From: Strigamia acuminata
Taxonomy: Eukaryota
Direction of reading: 5' to 3'
Assembly: GCA_949358305.1 (NCBI GenBank)
Contig: OX442314.1
Span: 19,096,001 to 19,160,000 of the forward strand
DNA length: 64,000 nt
The notes under the pieces were generated by a model that was given only the letters and a program-made list of their open reading frames with translations, did not search any database and was not told the DNA's origin. The position numbers were made by a program, and so were the translations under genes. This document shows positions 13,245 to 28,600 of this stretch, piece after piece; the first letter of the stretch is position 1; every line of letters begins with the position of its first letter.

Positions 13245-16200
13245 TATAAATGGTTAAAATAATTTATTGACTTTTGTGTGGTTCACACATAAACCACTTT
13301 TCTAAACTTATGATTTTCTAAAAGTCTAAGTTCTACAAATCTGAAATCAGTTGTTCACACTTAAGGGTAGTTTTGTACAAGTCTCATGACGTTTTAACCT
13401 GTTGTTGGCAGCCATTTTTTGTGAACGTCAGCCCAAAACGACTGTAGTCACATGACACAATGGGGGCGAGTTTTGCAGTTGTTTCTTCAACTTGAGTTGT
13501 AGAAAAGTCCGCCATCTTGTTCTGAGTTCTAGAAAACCTGTGGTAATGTGAACACAGGTTTTCCACAAAATTGGCGGGTTTTCTACAAAAGTGGTTGATA
13601 AAACCAAGACTAAATGAAATCTTAAATGAATTAATTTATGATAAGCTTATGTGCATTCAAAGCTTAGGTGATGCAAGATCTATTTTAATTTCTTTGTTTA
13701 AGCAAAATGCTTAAACATCATCCGCAATATTGAATTTTCAGTGATGTAAAACAATTGCACAAATAAAATAATCTAAATAATTGTTTATTTTGAAAGCCTG
13801 TAAGTTCTAACGCTCTTTCTTGCCGCCATCATTATCGCATTGCATTGCATCAACAACAAGTTCTAACTTTACTGGTTGATTTATTTTTATTCTGAATTTG
13901 CATGAGTTATGTCGTTACTACAACGACATATAACTTTTTTGAAAACAACAATGCAAAACATCGCTCAAAAAGCAGCCATAAAACACAAAAAATAAAACAA
14001 AACGACTTTAAAATAAAAAAAATATCATAAATCTATTTTAAAATGCACCTACTGCACGATGCATCCGTGTGATTTACATTACCTGCTTTTATAAATGAAA
14101 TGCCATTGTTGAAAAACAATATAATTGTGAAGCTACGTCAAGATTTCTTCATTTTCATTAAGTTAAACATTAATATAACCTACTTTAACATTTTATCCTC
14201 TTTGCTTTCGTGTGGAATGGAAACTGCAAGCAATAACAGACGGTACAAAAACGTCTTTGTTTGTGCAAGTCAGGAAAACAACATATCAAAATACGAGCCG
14301 CCAGACATTACTAAAACATTATAAATCTTCGTGTAGCAAAGTTGAATTGTTCTTTTGAAGCACAAAACAAACTATTTCACTGAATTTCAATTATCATTCA
14401 TCACAATCCCAACATCCACCGCAAATCCCAATAACAGCAAAAAATTTCATATAACGTAATGTACCTTTTCGTAGACGACAAAATAACATTTCAATTTATT
14501 GTTTTAAATATTGCGAACAAGAGTAGTTAATGTAATGAAGTAGAAACAATATGTTTCAGACAAATAAGATTATTATATCTTTTCCAATTTTTTTTATTAT
14601 TTACATTTTCTGATTTTTTGTCGGTGCTGCAAGCCTGCAATACTTTAGTCTTCTTATAAAAGTAAAGCAAGAAAAAAAATGTTAAGGGTGACTGTAATAC
14701 TCCAATAATAAGAAGGAATTTCTTAGAGCAAAAGGGAAAAAAAAATATTGCAACCTAATTTTTCCATCTTTCTTTTACACTTTTTATCCTTCATTTTTAG
14801 CAATAAGTCAGCGAAACTTATGACTTGGATAAAAAATAGCATTATCAACAAAACAGAATTGATTACATTTGAAACGAGTTACCAAGTCATTCCACGAAAA
14901 AATCCAAAATAATCCAAAAAAGTGACATTTATTATACCGTTCAAATACAGTTTTAAAGCAGTATTGATTATACAAAAAAGTCATCTTTTTTTCTAGAAAA
15001 TTCATTAATCTCCCATAAGACAAGACTAATAACTTATATTTATCAAAATTTGATTAAACTGAATTCCCCTAATAAAAATAAAATGTTCCCCTTCTAGCCA
15101 CGCCTTAAAAAATCGTCCATTTTTATTTTTATTTTTATTTAAAAAAAAAAAAAATTACAATTTTCACCATTCCTGTCACCAACTTTTCATCCTTTCTGCT
15201 TCAATGAATCCTAACGTATTCCCAACCTCCGTATTCCCTCATTGTCAATAACTTGCAAAAACAACCATAGAGGGAGTAGCCCAATCCATTCAAACATTCT
15301 ACCCTATACATTACATGACCACCCTACATTTAACTGTGCAAACTGCACAAAGTCGTACAAGACAACAGGTCAAAATAAAAGAAATAAAAAAAATACATGT
15401 CGTTCAGTGTTTTCAACAAAATAAAAAATTCCATAAGGTGGGTCATTGCTAATGGTCATACAGTAGGGGGTTTAGAAAAAGGTTGTAGGGGCACGAGGCT
15501 GAAGGGGCGTTTGTAATGGTAGGGCTTGGTTTTTTTGCTAGTTCATTGATCACAAATCACATTGAAGCAAGTTCTTTCTACCTTCCCCTGGAGAGGGTGC
15601 CATATTTACAGCCATTTGGTGGCCATTTGCATTCCAGATGCAAGTCCCAGATGGTGCCATAGTGGAATCCATTAAGGTGGAAAGGGAGGGAAGCAGTTGG
15701 CATTGTATAAAGAGGAAAAATTTGTAGCTCTCGGTTGGCACCCACTGAGGGGTTACCAGAGAGGAGTAGGGGTGGGTTAAAAACAGAAAGATGATGTCAC
15801 AATGACAACAAACCATAAAAATTGTAAAAATGCCAACCCCAGAGGCATACATGCAGTGTATGTTTGCAATTATCACTAATTACTGCAAGTGGTGGCTCTT
15901 GCTGAGTTTAATGATTTGTAAACATCTTTTTTTTTAAATGGATATTTACACTCAATTTTCTTTTAGCCCAAACAACTTGCGCAACAACGTTGCTACTTTC
16001 TCACTCATCACAAGAGGGCAGTAAAGAACACCACGAAAATCAATAACTGCCACACTCTGCTGCGACAAATTATTATCAAATTTTTATCCAAAACCATCCC
16101 TGCAATACCTTCATTATAATCCCGCATTCCCACCTTTTTAATTCTTTCAATTTCTACCCCAAACTTCGCCATTCCCCATATCATGCAATTCCCCGCTCTA

Positions 16201-18596
16201 ATCTTAATTAACATTTTGAATCACTACTTTTTTTTACTACTTCTACAGAACTTAAGTCCACTTGCACCCACATGACAAGCAAATTAAAAGGGGGGAGAAT
16301 CGGAGAATGAGACAACAAGAGAATGAGTTGGGCTCACAAAATGACTCAAGAAAGAGAGAGAAAGAGACAATGTAATTGCTGCCACATTATTCCACCTCCA
16401 ATTACTGAGCCAAGAGTCAATGGATTGCACAGGCACAAGGCTTAGCATTCGAAGCTTCAGACAGTTCTTGCAAGGATTACAAGCGCAAGCTTGTTATTTC
16501 CGATAAATACATGACGCAACCATTACATGTTTAACTTTTGAGATTCACTATAATAAATATATTTTTATTCACCGTGTGTTTAGAGTGTAAAAAATGAGCA
16601 AGGTAAGCTAAATATTAAAAGTCAATGCAAGTATACAGACATATGTCTACTTCAATTGAAACTTCGAGCGTACAGAAGTCAGCAAATCCATCAGTAAAAG
16701 GGAAAAAAAGCAATTACCACAAATTCCAACACAACATTCTTTACAAACAATCCTCACCAAGTAGAAATCTTTCCAAAAAATCAATTGTTTTTCTCAAGCT
16801 TCTGCAAGCCCTCTGGTGTTTCAAGGAAGAAGTCATCATTCAAGATCTTTTGCTTTCAAGATAAGACAGAACAAATCCCGCTCTTTCCCATCAAAGATAT
16901 CTTGGGCAAACTGCCCATCTTGTCAAGCTGAAGGGATTTTACTCAGATTTGAGCAAATATTCAAGTCCTGTAATCACCCACTCAGGTGTAATTCATTCCC
17001 ACAACGCCCCAGCCATAAAAATAACTTAATAAAATACAAAGCAAAAATTTATAGCAAACTCTTGGTCCTTAAAGTACAATTCTTGTTTGCAACACAACTT
17101 ATTTCGCTCTTAAATCTTTAATCTGACCAATTTATAATCCGACAGTGGTTGTGATTCGGCTTTACACAGCTATCAGATTGAAACTCGGTCCCAAAAAAGA
17201 CTCGAGATCATCACCAAACTTAATTAACGAAATTAATTAAGCTGCAATCAAAGTTCATCGAGTGCTAGTTAACAAACCATTTCCTTGCCTAATGTACAAG
17301 AAAAGGAACCATGTAATCAACCACCTCGCCTATCCCAAAGAAGCAAAAAACGAGGGGGAAAGAAAGTCCTGCGAGCGAGAAAAACAAACCGTTCTTTAAG
17401 CCAATATTTGACTCTGTCAAAGAGCTAACTCTTTTTAGAGTTAGTCCTTGGCAATTAACCTTCCTAGATGAGTCTTGTCAAGCCATTTCCTGTTGTAGCA
17501 AGACTTATACTTTACTCTGCCAGTTCTCTAATGTTATCATCAAAGTCGAAAACGAACTCGGATTGAGCCTTAGGCAAGAGCAGATTCAATTTAGCAAAGT
17601 GGGACACATTCAAGTGTTAGACTCAATGTAATTACTCCTGAGTCCAATGCAAATTGCAGCTTCTGCCCATAGAAAGAGTTAAACCTTAAGTACTACGCTT
17701 TCAATGCACAAATTTGCCATTAGGAAATAAAAGTCTTTTTCTCCAATTTTTTTCCTCGCTTATTCCCCTTTACAGGAAATAGAAGAAAGGGATGGAAATG
17801 GTTGGCAGGTAATGCTTAGAGTACATAAAATGAAATTGGAAGATTGACAAGTGATATTATCTGAATAAAATTCAGATTGAAAATAAACCTTCAAATGGAT
17901 ATTTAAATTTTTTTTTTCAAAAATTGGTTTATGGAAAAGTTTTCTTCTCTCTTTCTTCTAATACATAACCTGAGTGATATGAAACAAAAAAAAAGATTGT
18001 AATAATCATCCACAAAAAAAGCAATATTCATCAATTTTTAAAAACTCTCTTTTCCAAAAGACAGCGATGGAAATGACACTTCCAATTGAGAAATTATGAA
18101 AATGGAAATAAAATCCTCTCTTGCATGCCAATGAGCAGCTGGGGACTTGATAAAAGATGAAACAAAAAAAAATGCGAAAAGTTATTATAAATAAAAACCT
18201 AAAGTTCTGTGATCAGTGCATTAAAGCTGAGAGGCAAAAGTGAGGGCATAAATTGAGGTGAGCGCAATGGATGGTGGAGAAGAGAAGCATCAATATTGAG
18301 CTTTGGTAATCCTTTTGGGCTGCAAACTGCATTGCTGAGATAAACAGATTACCAGCTGGTGCTAAACACAAGCCAGTAACGAACCAATTAGCATCAAGGA
18401 GAAAGCAAGCAAGCAAAATTCTTAATTAGCAAGGACTCAATCAAAATGAGAGTAGTTACAATACAATTTCTTCAACCCTCATAAAAATCACATGCAATCA
18501 ATTAAGCAAAAAATCTCAACTTTTAAGTGTTGTCGAAGTCCCCCCAATACGAAGAAGCCCCGTATATATATTTTCTACATTAAATAATGAATTTGT

Positions 18597-18733
18597 TAAT
18601 ACAGTTTACAAAATATATTATCATTTGCAAACTAATAGTATGCAAAAATGTATTACAAAATGCATTCTCGCAAAACCAAATGCATTTCAAAATACGTTGC
18701 AATACATAGTAATACATAGTAATATAATATGGG
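18597..18733. repeat. Fragment of a dispersed AT-rich repeat (family B), homologous to part of 54498-54989
   Basis: TAATACAGTTTACAAAATATATTATCATTTGCAAAC...AAAAATGTATTACAAAATGCATT aligns by eye to the reverse complement of about 54580-54660. Confidence 0.7.
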
Positions 18734-18972
18734 AAACTATGGACTTAATTGACGAAAAAAAGACATAAAAAGTAAAATTAGTTTAGAAATTGTTCAGGAT
18801 CTAAATAGCATCATTTTAAAAACACAATTTTGCTATAAAAAAGAATATTAGAAAAATCAATATACTAGATGTTGCACTTTTGGCCTTAACGCCTCAATTA
18901 AACCAATTATTGCTACAAAATTTCCACCCTAGAGTGAAATAATGTACAAATTAATGAATTTATCCTATAAAA

Positions 18973-18996
18973 ATTTACCTGTAATAAAAAATCAAA
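18973..18996 (-). other. Weaker candidate recursive splice site
   Basis: The - strand reads TTTGATTTTTTATTACAG|GTAAAT (junction 18979/18978). The acceptor is strong and the donor moderate, with no strong second donor nearby. Confidence 0.4.
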
Positions 18997-21900
18997 CCCT
19001 GAAACTTTTTTTCTCGAAAATGTTAAGCCCGGATTTCTGAAATAAAAAGCAAAATCACGTATCCACAAAACCAGAAACAATGCGCATTACTACCCATAAT
19101 TCTTTGCCAGCACTTTCTCCTACAGAGGTATTCATGTATAAAAAAAGAGAACTTAAGAACTGAATAGTAAAAAAAAAGGCAAATGGATTTCCACCACAGT
19201 GAGCAAAAGTGCAGAAAAAAATCATAGACAAGTTGTGCTATCTTCAAACCCAGTTGTGTCTAGTGGGGAAAATTATTGACTCAAATAAAATGATGGCCAT
19301 TAGAAAGCATTAGAGAGCCTCGCACACGGACCAATGGAAAGCCAAGCCGTTTCATTCAGAATGGGGAGACAAGAGTAGAATGCCAAGCAGGAGCCAAGTG
19401 AATCTGTGGACTGTGTAATTTGAATGGCTTATTGACTTAGGCACTGACTTTACCATTTGCCAACTACTGAACAATGTCGGCTCTTATTGAGTGGAAAGTC
19501 CATTGGCAACCACAACTTTTACTTTCACTTCTGAGGCATTAAGCGGCAGACATTTCCACGCATTTGTCCTAAAAATCTCAGACCACCAATCATATTTACA
19601 CATAAAAGCTCCTCATTTGACCAATCTCCTTCTATTGCACATTAAAAGCCTATTTTGCCATCCATCAATTTAACTAACTTCTTGATGCATTTCTTATGAT
19701 TCCACTAAGAGGCCAAGAAGCCATCATCTCATTACAAGTGCACTCACAAGATGGCAATGTCTTCCTCCTTCCTAACTCACATAATCATTGTTTATGAGTT
19801 CCATATTTCAGATTTGATTTGAAGGATGTACGCAAGAAGTCTTAATAGTCTATTCTAAACTTGATATGATAATAAAAAGCTAATGTTTGTGTTTGTTGTT
19901 TTCCCTGCTGCTTTTATTACATTTTTCTGTTCAAAAGCTTGTTTGTACACAATATTTATGAACCAATTAGCCTTGCTCTTAATTTTATACACAATCCTCT
20001 ATTCCTATTAGCTTAATAGTATTTCACTGTAAATATTAGTCATTTGGATTGACTTTTAACAAAAAAAAAAAGTTTCCCAATATAATTTCTTGTTTGCTGT
20101 GTTCAAAGGATTTTCCAAGATGGTCAAAAACGCTTAAAAGCACAAGCACTTTTCACCCAATTTTTTCCTGTAAAATCCTTACATATGGCTGCCACTTCAC
20201 CTAATACCTCTATCTTTGTGCACCAGCCAACAAGAAAAGTATGAAAGCAGCTTGGGAGATGGCTCTGCACACATTTCTCTCCATTTCACACCAATGGGAT
20301 TTTTTCCCTTCTTGTTATTAATAAAAAATATATTTAAAAAATAAAAAAAACTTAATATGCAATATCTACGCGCTCCTTATAAAAAAAATGAAGGAAAAAA
20401 AAATCCCAAGCTCAAAAGCAGTAGAAAAATTTGTATTAGCTTTGAGATTATGTCATTAAACCAAGTCAAGTGGAAATGATGTTTTTTAAGCAATTTTCCA
20501 TATTATCTTTTTTTCCAGTTAAAAATAAAACAAAAATCAATGTACAACGCAGTTCAATCCATGTTTATTCATAAAAATTTGTCTCTTGTGGAAAGTTACA
20601 ACTGCAAACGAAGTGTGGGGACATAAAGCAAAGGAAAATGACAATTTCCGATCAAATTACCAACTAATACACAGAGGCAAAAGTGAAAGAAATTCAATCT
20701 GCCTTGCTTGTTATGCCCTCATTACGATGACACCAATGTCTAATCAGGCTCTGAGTAAATGCTACTTAAAACCTACAAGCAGCACTCATAAAATCTAAAA
20801 CTCATGTTCATCTGATGATATCGCCAGCTTTTCTGATTACATTTTCACAATCATCTTCTACTTTTATTTTGTTTACCAAGAAAAGACTGGCTTGATATAA
20901 ATGCCAATTACCCAAACACCACTTCCAGAAACTAATCAAGACCATCCATATTGAAAACCCACTATGTCCAACAAAAAAAAAATACCACGCGAACTAAGCA
21001 ATTACAGGAAACACTAAAAAAAAAAACGGGCCAAGACTTGAGTAGAATTTTAAGCTTCTTTGTTTCTTTTTCTGAAAATTCCTTCAAAGAAAAAAAAGTG
21101 TAGAAAAAAGAAGGAAAAAAAACTCCACTGCATTAAACTTTAAAACATTGCAAACGACTAATCCAAGTCAAATACTGGTTCTTGCCATTACTTTGGATTG
21201 TATTAATAAATATTTTTTTTTAATCTTCTAAAGAATTCCAACGATTTAACTATATTTTGTATTAAAAATTGAAAAATTCTTAAGCCGATAGAAATAAATA
21301 TGTTATACATGTAAGCCATCTGATTTATTAATGTTATCATTTTAAAATTAACCTGATTTTCCCCTATAACATACAAAGGTCAAATTAAATATTAAACAGT
21401 ATTAGAGTATATTTTTCTACCTTGATAAGTGAATTGAATAATATTGATGAAGACTTCCTCCTAATCCTTTTCAACATCAAAAGAATGCAATTAAACTTTA
21501 ATCTCAATTAAGCGACATATTAGCTCTGAATCAGAACTTACACAACTTCTGTTACATAATTTATCAGATTTATTTTTCATTTATAAATTCAATTTATCTA
21601 ACATAAAAAAAAATATACCCAGAGCTTAGCTTTAGATAACCTACATTTTTTTTTTTACTTACATTATCTTCTTTTTTCCTTTTTTTTTCGAAAAATTTAA
21701 TTTAAAATTTCAGGAGTGTTTCTACATTGCAAGTAGTTTAAGTTTTTATGGTTAACTTCTAAGATTACAATCAATAAGTTATGTTTTTTAATTCTCATCT
21801 TGTACACGTTCACTTCATTTGCTCTCTTACCATGCCTCTTCTCGACGACGACAGAGGACGTTAGAGTAATTACCAAACAGAATTCGTGCTATTTTAGAGC

Positions 21901-22642
21901 AGTAATTGGATTTTTTTTCTCACTCCTACACTTCAATATGCTAAATTAACTTAGTTATCTCTTGCATAGCTATAGAAAGGATGTATGGAAAATAAAGATG
22001 GTCTTTTTAATTTGATTGTAGCCAAAAGGGGGAGAGAACAGCGAGTGAAAAAAATCTGAGCAAATTTTTCTTATTGAATGTGATGCTGGCTTTATCATAA
22101 TATTCAATATCCAAATCGTATTTCTGTGTATTGTGGTTCCCCCATCTAGTGATTCAAATGAATTTCAACACTTGCAATTTAAACTTAATGAAATGTAAGC
22201 TCATGCATACCTGAAAAGATCTAATAATTTCCATAAGTAAATGCAGTTTCGAAAAACAAAAATCTATTATTTCGTAACTGCCGCTATCTGTTCTGTAACT
22301 TCGCAATACAAATTCGCAATCGTAGGTCACAGTCACAGTCCCCCTTTATTTAAACAAAAGCTTTGTGAGAATTTGTTTGTTGTATTCATCAAAAGGAACA
22401 TTTATATATAAAACAGATCCCTGAATGCTAAGACTGACCCCCAGGGGAAGCTATCGCTCACTTGTATTCCATTCCTTCAAAAAAGTAAATCTCTTGCGAG
22501 TCAAACAGTAAATGAGACCTCACATGTTGAGAAAACGACATCTACTTAGCATTTATCAAAACGATACAGGTATATCAAGTAACCACAATGTTTTTCCTAT
22601 CGCAGCTACTGGTTGTGCATCACGTTTTGTCCGATATCAGGA

Positions 22643-22644
22643 TT

Positions 22645-22674
<30 letters not shown>
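22643..22674. repeat. (TTTC)8 microsatellite
   Basis: Perfect tetranucleotide repeat read directly. Confidence 0.9.
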
Positions 22675-22676
<2 letters not shown>

Positions 22677-25600
22677 TTTAAATAAAAAATAGTAATCCAA
22701 ATCTCACGTTACAGATGTTCAACAATTTGTCTGATTTTATCTGTACAACTATTTAAACACATCATTACGAACATAACATGTTTGAATTAACAACTGCCCT
22801 TCCTTATTCGACAATAAATCACTAGAAATTTCTTTAAACGATTGCACTTAAGCAGTTGATGATTTACTGAACAAGTATCCACGAGTTTCGAGAAGTGAAT
22901 CTTTATTTTATCTCCGGCTGAAATCATAAAAGTATCACGAGCCCGAATTCCTTACATCCATCAAATGTAAATAATTCGCCCTAAAAACCTATCCATAAAT
23001 CGAATTGTTGTCTAAGCAAATAATAATGAATCCTTTGCTTTCCTCCTAATTACACCATGTTTTCATTTCAGCCTCGGGAGAGAACATTCCTTAATTCCAT
23101 TAGCAGTCCATGACAAAAGAATGATTCATTGGGTATAAATTCTAGTGAAAAGTATTTAAAAAAAAAACCACATTCTCATCCCCAATTTCAATTTCTTGCG
23201 CAACTTGAGCGCAAATTCACTGACAAAAGACGGTAATCTAATTAGCACAAGTCTATTAAAAATTATGGACGAATTTGTAGTGCAATTTGACACATTTGAA
23301 TTGCATGAGAAGCAAAAGTAGGGGGAAAAAAACTTCGATTTTATAATTTAATAATGCACGTTTAATCTCATGGGTAAAATTCATTGCTTGAGATAACTGA
23401 TACAGAAAGGGTGTTTCTAAGATAATCACTTTCTTCTTTCTCCAAACCCACTTTAATTATGCAGTAAGGAAGCAGCACGTAGTGATAAAATAAAATCCAA
23501 CATATAAATCTTTTAGAATAAATACATCAATCTCAATTTTACATTTTCAACCACTAAACATAATTTTTAAAATTCCTTCAAACAAGTCTAATCCAAAATC
23601 GTTGTATTCTTTGACTGTCAGACGCTATTCAAAAAGTTTCGAATGGGAAAGAAAAAAAAATCTTCTAAATCATTCATTTATATTCACCATTTCTTTTCTT
23701 TGCATTCAACGCTTTTTTTTCCAATCTTAAAACTCTTCACCTTACATTTCCTGCGAATGCATTGTATTCCAAGCACGTTTGCTCACTTGGATTAGACTTT
23801 ATTTGCATCAGTGCTCAACCAGACATATCAGCAGATTATTCCACTCAGTTGCTCTCAAAGTTGCCGACACTGAATTGACTTGGAAATAAAAGCCCAGTGT
23901 CATTTTGATGAGAGAAAAGAAAAGAAAAGAAATACTCTTCAATTAAACACACTATTCAAGTTAGATGGAAAGGTGGTAAATACGACAAAAAATATACAGC
24001 ACTCAGCACTCGCTACGTAAACTATAAATTAGCATTTACTTTTTTGCTCTATGCACAATGTGCGATCATTTCAAGTGACAAATATTGCCAGCAACAGCGA
24101 TTAAGCAATTGTTCAGTCAACTTTGAAGCTTTCACCGTTCCAATAATAAAGCAGTTTATAAAAGTCGAAAACAAGCAGATCCAAGAAAACTATTCATACA
24201 AATTAAACAGAAACGTGGAATTAAATATTCATAAATATTTAATTCAAACAAAAATATCATTTTATTAAAAGCAACAAGAAAACGTGTATTGATTCAGCAA
24301 AACCAACATATGCACACTGGCATCACAATATGGCTTGTAGAAGCTCAGCTTAAATATAGATCCAAAATGGTGACCCAAGAGGCCACCTAACCCTTTATGC
24401 ACTGGCCAGATTTATGTATACAGCGAGAGTAAACAGACACAAACAAATTTGCTTGCAGGAATTATATCTCAAGACCGGCTTAGCCCCCTAGAATTCCTTC
24501 TACACTAATATCTCAATGTCCACTTCCACAAGGCGCAGCCATTGTGTTCAAAGCATTAAATATTATACACTAGACTAAAAGCTTGTTTGTATAAAACAAT
24601 TGCAGTAAAATGCCCAAATAAATTTATCTTTCATCCGAATAAACTTTTCTACATGCAGTGCCAGTCGTTTTCGAATGTAATGATGCAAACAAACGGCACC
24701 GCCATGCTTTTTACATAAACTTGACAAAATCCCATCCTTAGGGTTCACTACTTGTAATAAAACACTCGAGAGAGAGAACGAGAATGCGGTCTACAATACC
24801 AATAAATCAAACAAAGCAAGCATCTTTCTGCTAATCGTAATCACAAAACACTAACCCTAATATTGACGTCTGTAACGCTCCGGTGCGCGCAGTTATAAAG
24901 AAAAAAGTATTCTCCAACTTAATAAACAATTCGAAACACCTAATTGCATTAGACCTATTAAAAACTCCCTTTTTCTCATCAACTTTAGGCCTATTCATTC
25001 CAACTGAGTACCACTAGGGGGCTTTAAGGTTCACAGAACTTTGAATTTAATTCACTTTCTCTGGTGGATCCCAGGGGTTCGTCTAACATAAAAGAACAAA
25101 CATACAACTTTACAAAACTATTTTATCACTCGCCTGCCAAGTGACCGCATCTTCCCAACTCCGAATATTAAACTCAATTACGCAAAATATGCAAAATAAA
25201 AATATAATTTCTTTTAGCACCCTAGCAACCATTATTCCCGGAAATTATTACCGAGAAGAAAAAAAAATTTTAATCCATCTGAATCACACTTCAGGTATGG
25301 CCATTCGGCGAATGGCCAAATGTTTATGAGAACGAGGGAGTGAGTAAAACCATATAGGCATTAATTCATCCCTCTTCCCCCGCCTAGCTCCCATCAAGAT
25401 GAGGGGGTTATGTCATATATTTCCCTCTGCAGTGTTGATGCCATCCTACTAAGTGTAGGTTGCAGTGGGATTTGAGCATAAATTTTTCACGGTTTCGCCT
25501 AATGGAAGTTAGCATAGATTTCGTCCCAAAGGCCTTTATGTCCAACACACCACAAAATAAGCGGACCCAAAGGGATAGAAAGCGCCTTGTATTTCATGCA

Positions 25601-28600
25601 ATTAGCTGTAGACGTCCTCGTTTAATGTCAAATCCAATGTGGGGAGGTTACAGAAAAAATTGAGATTTATGGCAGCTGTTCAAATATCACCGGTCACTTG
25701 TTACGGCTTTAAACACAACTCGTGATTGAGCAAGATAAGATAAATCTGAGCAGCCATTATGATTAAATGAGCAAAAAAACAACACTAGAATTCTGAGAAC
25801 AACACTTGACTTTGTCCAATTTTTATATATTTCGATATTTATTTATTTATGTCTATTTTTTGAAACTGCATCGTTGAAAAATTGAGTGACACATTATTGA
25901 TTTGTTTCTGTGGCTTCTGGCACACTATGTTCACATATGCATATGGTTTTGGATAATGAAATCATTCGCCCACGTGCATTCTTCAATATTATCGTTGCGT
26001 CTGCGTGCAAGCTGTTGTCTCACTTGACGAATATTAAGATTGAATATTGAATAGTAATTATAATTGAGTAAAAATAGAATTCAAACAAATAAAATTATTT
26101 TTTTTAGCTTCAAACGCCACAGCTCATCAGCATCTCAACCATTTTCAATTAATTCAAAAACTGCGCCAACAAAAAGCGAAAACTCCAAGCAGCATCATTA
26201 TCGCAATTCAATATGTTAATTAATTTAACAGCCATCTGTTGACAGTCGTATTCTTTTTCCCTATCAACTTCTATTACCTTCTCGACTGTACCTATCCCAA
26301 TGGGTCCTTTCTCATCCCTATGCAAATGATGGAGATAGGGGTTTGGAGAATAGGGGGGAGTTGAGGGGGACGTACACTGCATCCGAATGATTACCCTTTA
26401 ATGACATCACTCCCACCCTTCCGGAAGAGATTTTTACCCCTTCTAGACCAGCGCTTTCTGCTTCATCACACACATCATTTCAAGACAGAATTAAAGGCAT
26501 CTGCATAATGAAAAAAATAAGCTCTGCACAAAGATTATGTCATACTCAATTGACAAAAGTTTATGATGTGTGGCATGATGAGATAAAAAAAATGTGAAAA
26601 ACTATATTGAATATGATTAAACCTTTTTTCAAGCAACCTTACTTATGAGGCATTCAACAAGAAAAACTGTTACATTGTTTATTATATAGAAAATCCGAGG
26701 GCGAGACGGAAAAATATGAGCAAAATTTTGACTCATACATTTTTCCATTAAAATCAGTCTTGAAGAAAAAATAAATTTCGAATTAAAAACGATCCCTTAT
26801 TCCCATAAATAAAACTCTATGATGCATGAGTTAATGGAGTCCATTTGATATTGCCATAAAAAGTTCAATATCAAAGTGAATTTGCTCATCCGCATTCAAA
26901 TTTTTAACGAATAGCATGCAATCAGATAATAAAACCTCCCGTCTACTAATACTGTCCATTCCATGTTCCAACATGCATCGTATGAATATGCAACAAAAAT
27001 GCCCCTCAACGCATTACCTTTTATCGAATCCATTAACTTCCTTGACCCGCAATGCCCATCCTGCATTAAAACCAAACCCAAAGCCCAAACTTTGTATTCA
27101 GCAACCATTTCGAGCAGCACCCAACCATATGGAAATTCACCCTCTCTCTTATTGGTTAGTGTGGACTTTGAATTCATCCCAAACACCCGTTGGTGACGCG
27201 AATAGAGAAAAAACTAGAGAAAGGCCTATTATACTTGCAATGTCCACAACTGATAGGCAACCAATTTGAATTTTAACTCGAGACTATTTTCCATGAGAAT
27301 GATAGGCCTGTGTGCAGGCCACCATGACTTGATAGGGAGACCTTGGGTTTGCCGGCCCATGTTCAACTTATTGGCATGCAATAACACCCCTTGGCTTATC
27401 GATACGTCTGTCCAACCGAAACCCCCTCTTTACGCCCGCCTTCCCTTTTTAGCCAACCCATCATTTTACTACTTTTTTTTTTACTTTTTTTACTTATAAT
27501 ATTTCAGTTTTTGCATGCGTCTGCTTTCTATCAATAATTTCTGGCCCTCGAATATCGGTATAGGGTTTAAAATTGGTGCACATGCTCACAAGTTGCAGTA
27601 CAATGTTTCATCAGTATTGCAACTTAATAAGTCAATATGTAACAAAAAAAGGGTCCTCGGGCCTGACTCATTCAATGAAACACATGCCCCGACACCATAT
27701 GTCAAACAAGAGCAGCAAATTTCGTACAAGTACATCGGTTCAATCAGATCTAAACGGCTTTTTGTCTAAATCAGTTGATGGTGATTCATACTATTGCATA
27801 TTACGTCACTGGTGCAATGTAAGAAAAAATGATCCGAAAAGGCTTTTAGATCAATTTATTTTAATTTTTTTATTAACATAAATTAGTTTTATATACAAAA
27901 CACACTATCTGTTATTTTCCCCATAAATACACGTGCGCAAAGCGGTAATTCTAGCTTTAGTTGCATTCGTGCCATTCGAAATTCCAAGATAAAAACACAA
28001 GAAAAATGTTGCGCATTGCCATGGTTTATGCTCCTTTCTTTTCTTGATTGCTTTGCCGGGGTTGTGTGTATCGGGTCAAATATGGACTCACATTTGTCGC
28101 AAACAGCAATGTAGACGCAAAAAAAATAAAAATTTCGATCGCACTTTATAACAACATTTAATGCACGTTGTGATAGAGACAACAACACCTCCAAATAAAA
28201 TAATAAATAAATAAAAAATAAAATCCTAAGCAAACTTTTGCGCGAGCTGCCGGTGCAAATGTGAAAATAATTGCTTTCTCTCAAACAGGAAACAAAAGCT
28301 TAAGAAGTCATATGTGCGCCAACAAAAGAAAAATCTTGCAAATCTCCAACCGCAGAACAAAGAATTGAAAGGAACCCAAACAAAAGCATATCCCTGAAAA
28401 AAAGGGAAAAAAAAACCACACTTGGCACAAAATCGATAGAAATAACGCTTGTCAAACTGAACGTTTACGTCTAAACTTCCGGAAAAAGACCCCTCGCTCA
28501 GGATATGACATCACATCTGATGCAAGCACAGCTCTGTGCCTCCTGTTAAATATATGGTAATTCCAAGAAATTGATGAATAAAGCAACTATGTAGCTAGGG

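Noticed and set aside
22205..22225. TCTTTTCAG|GTATGC on the - strand as a ratchet site (also near 14080 and 46888)
   Set aside because: Short pyrimidine tracts, nearby upstream AG or weak donors, and no second donor.
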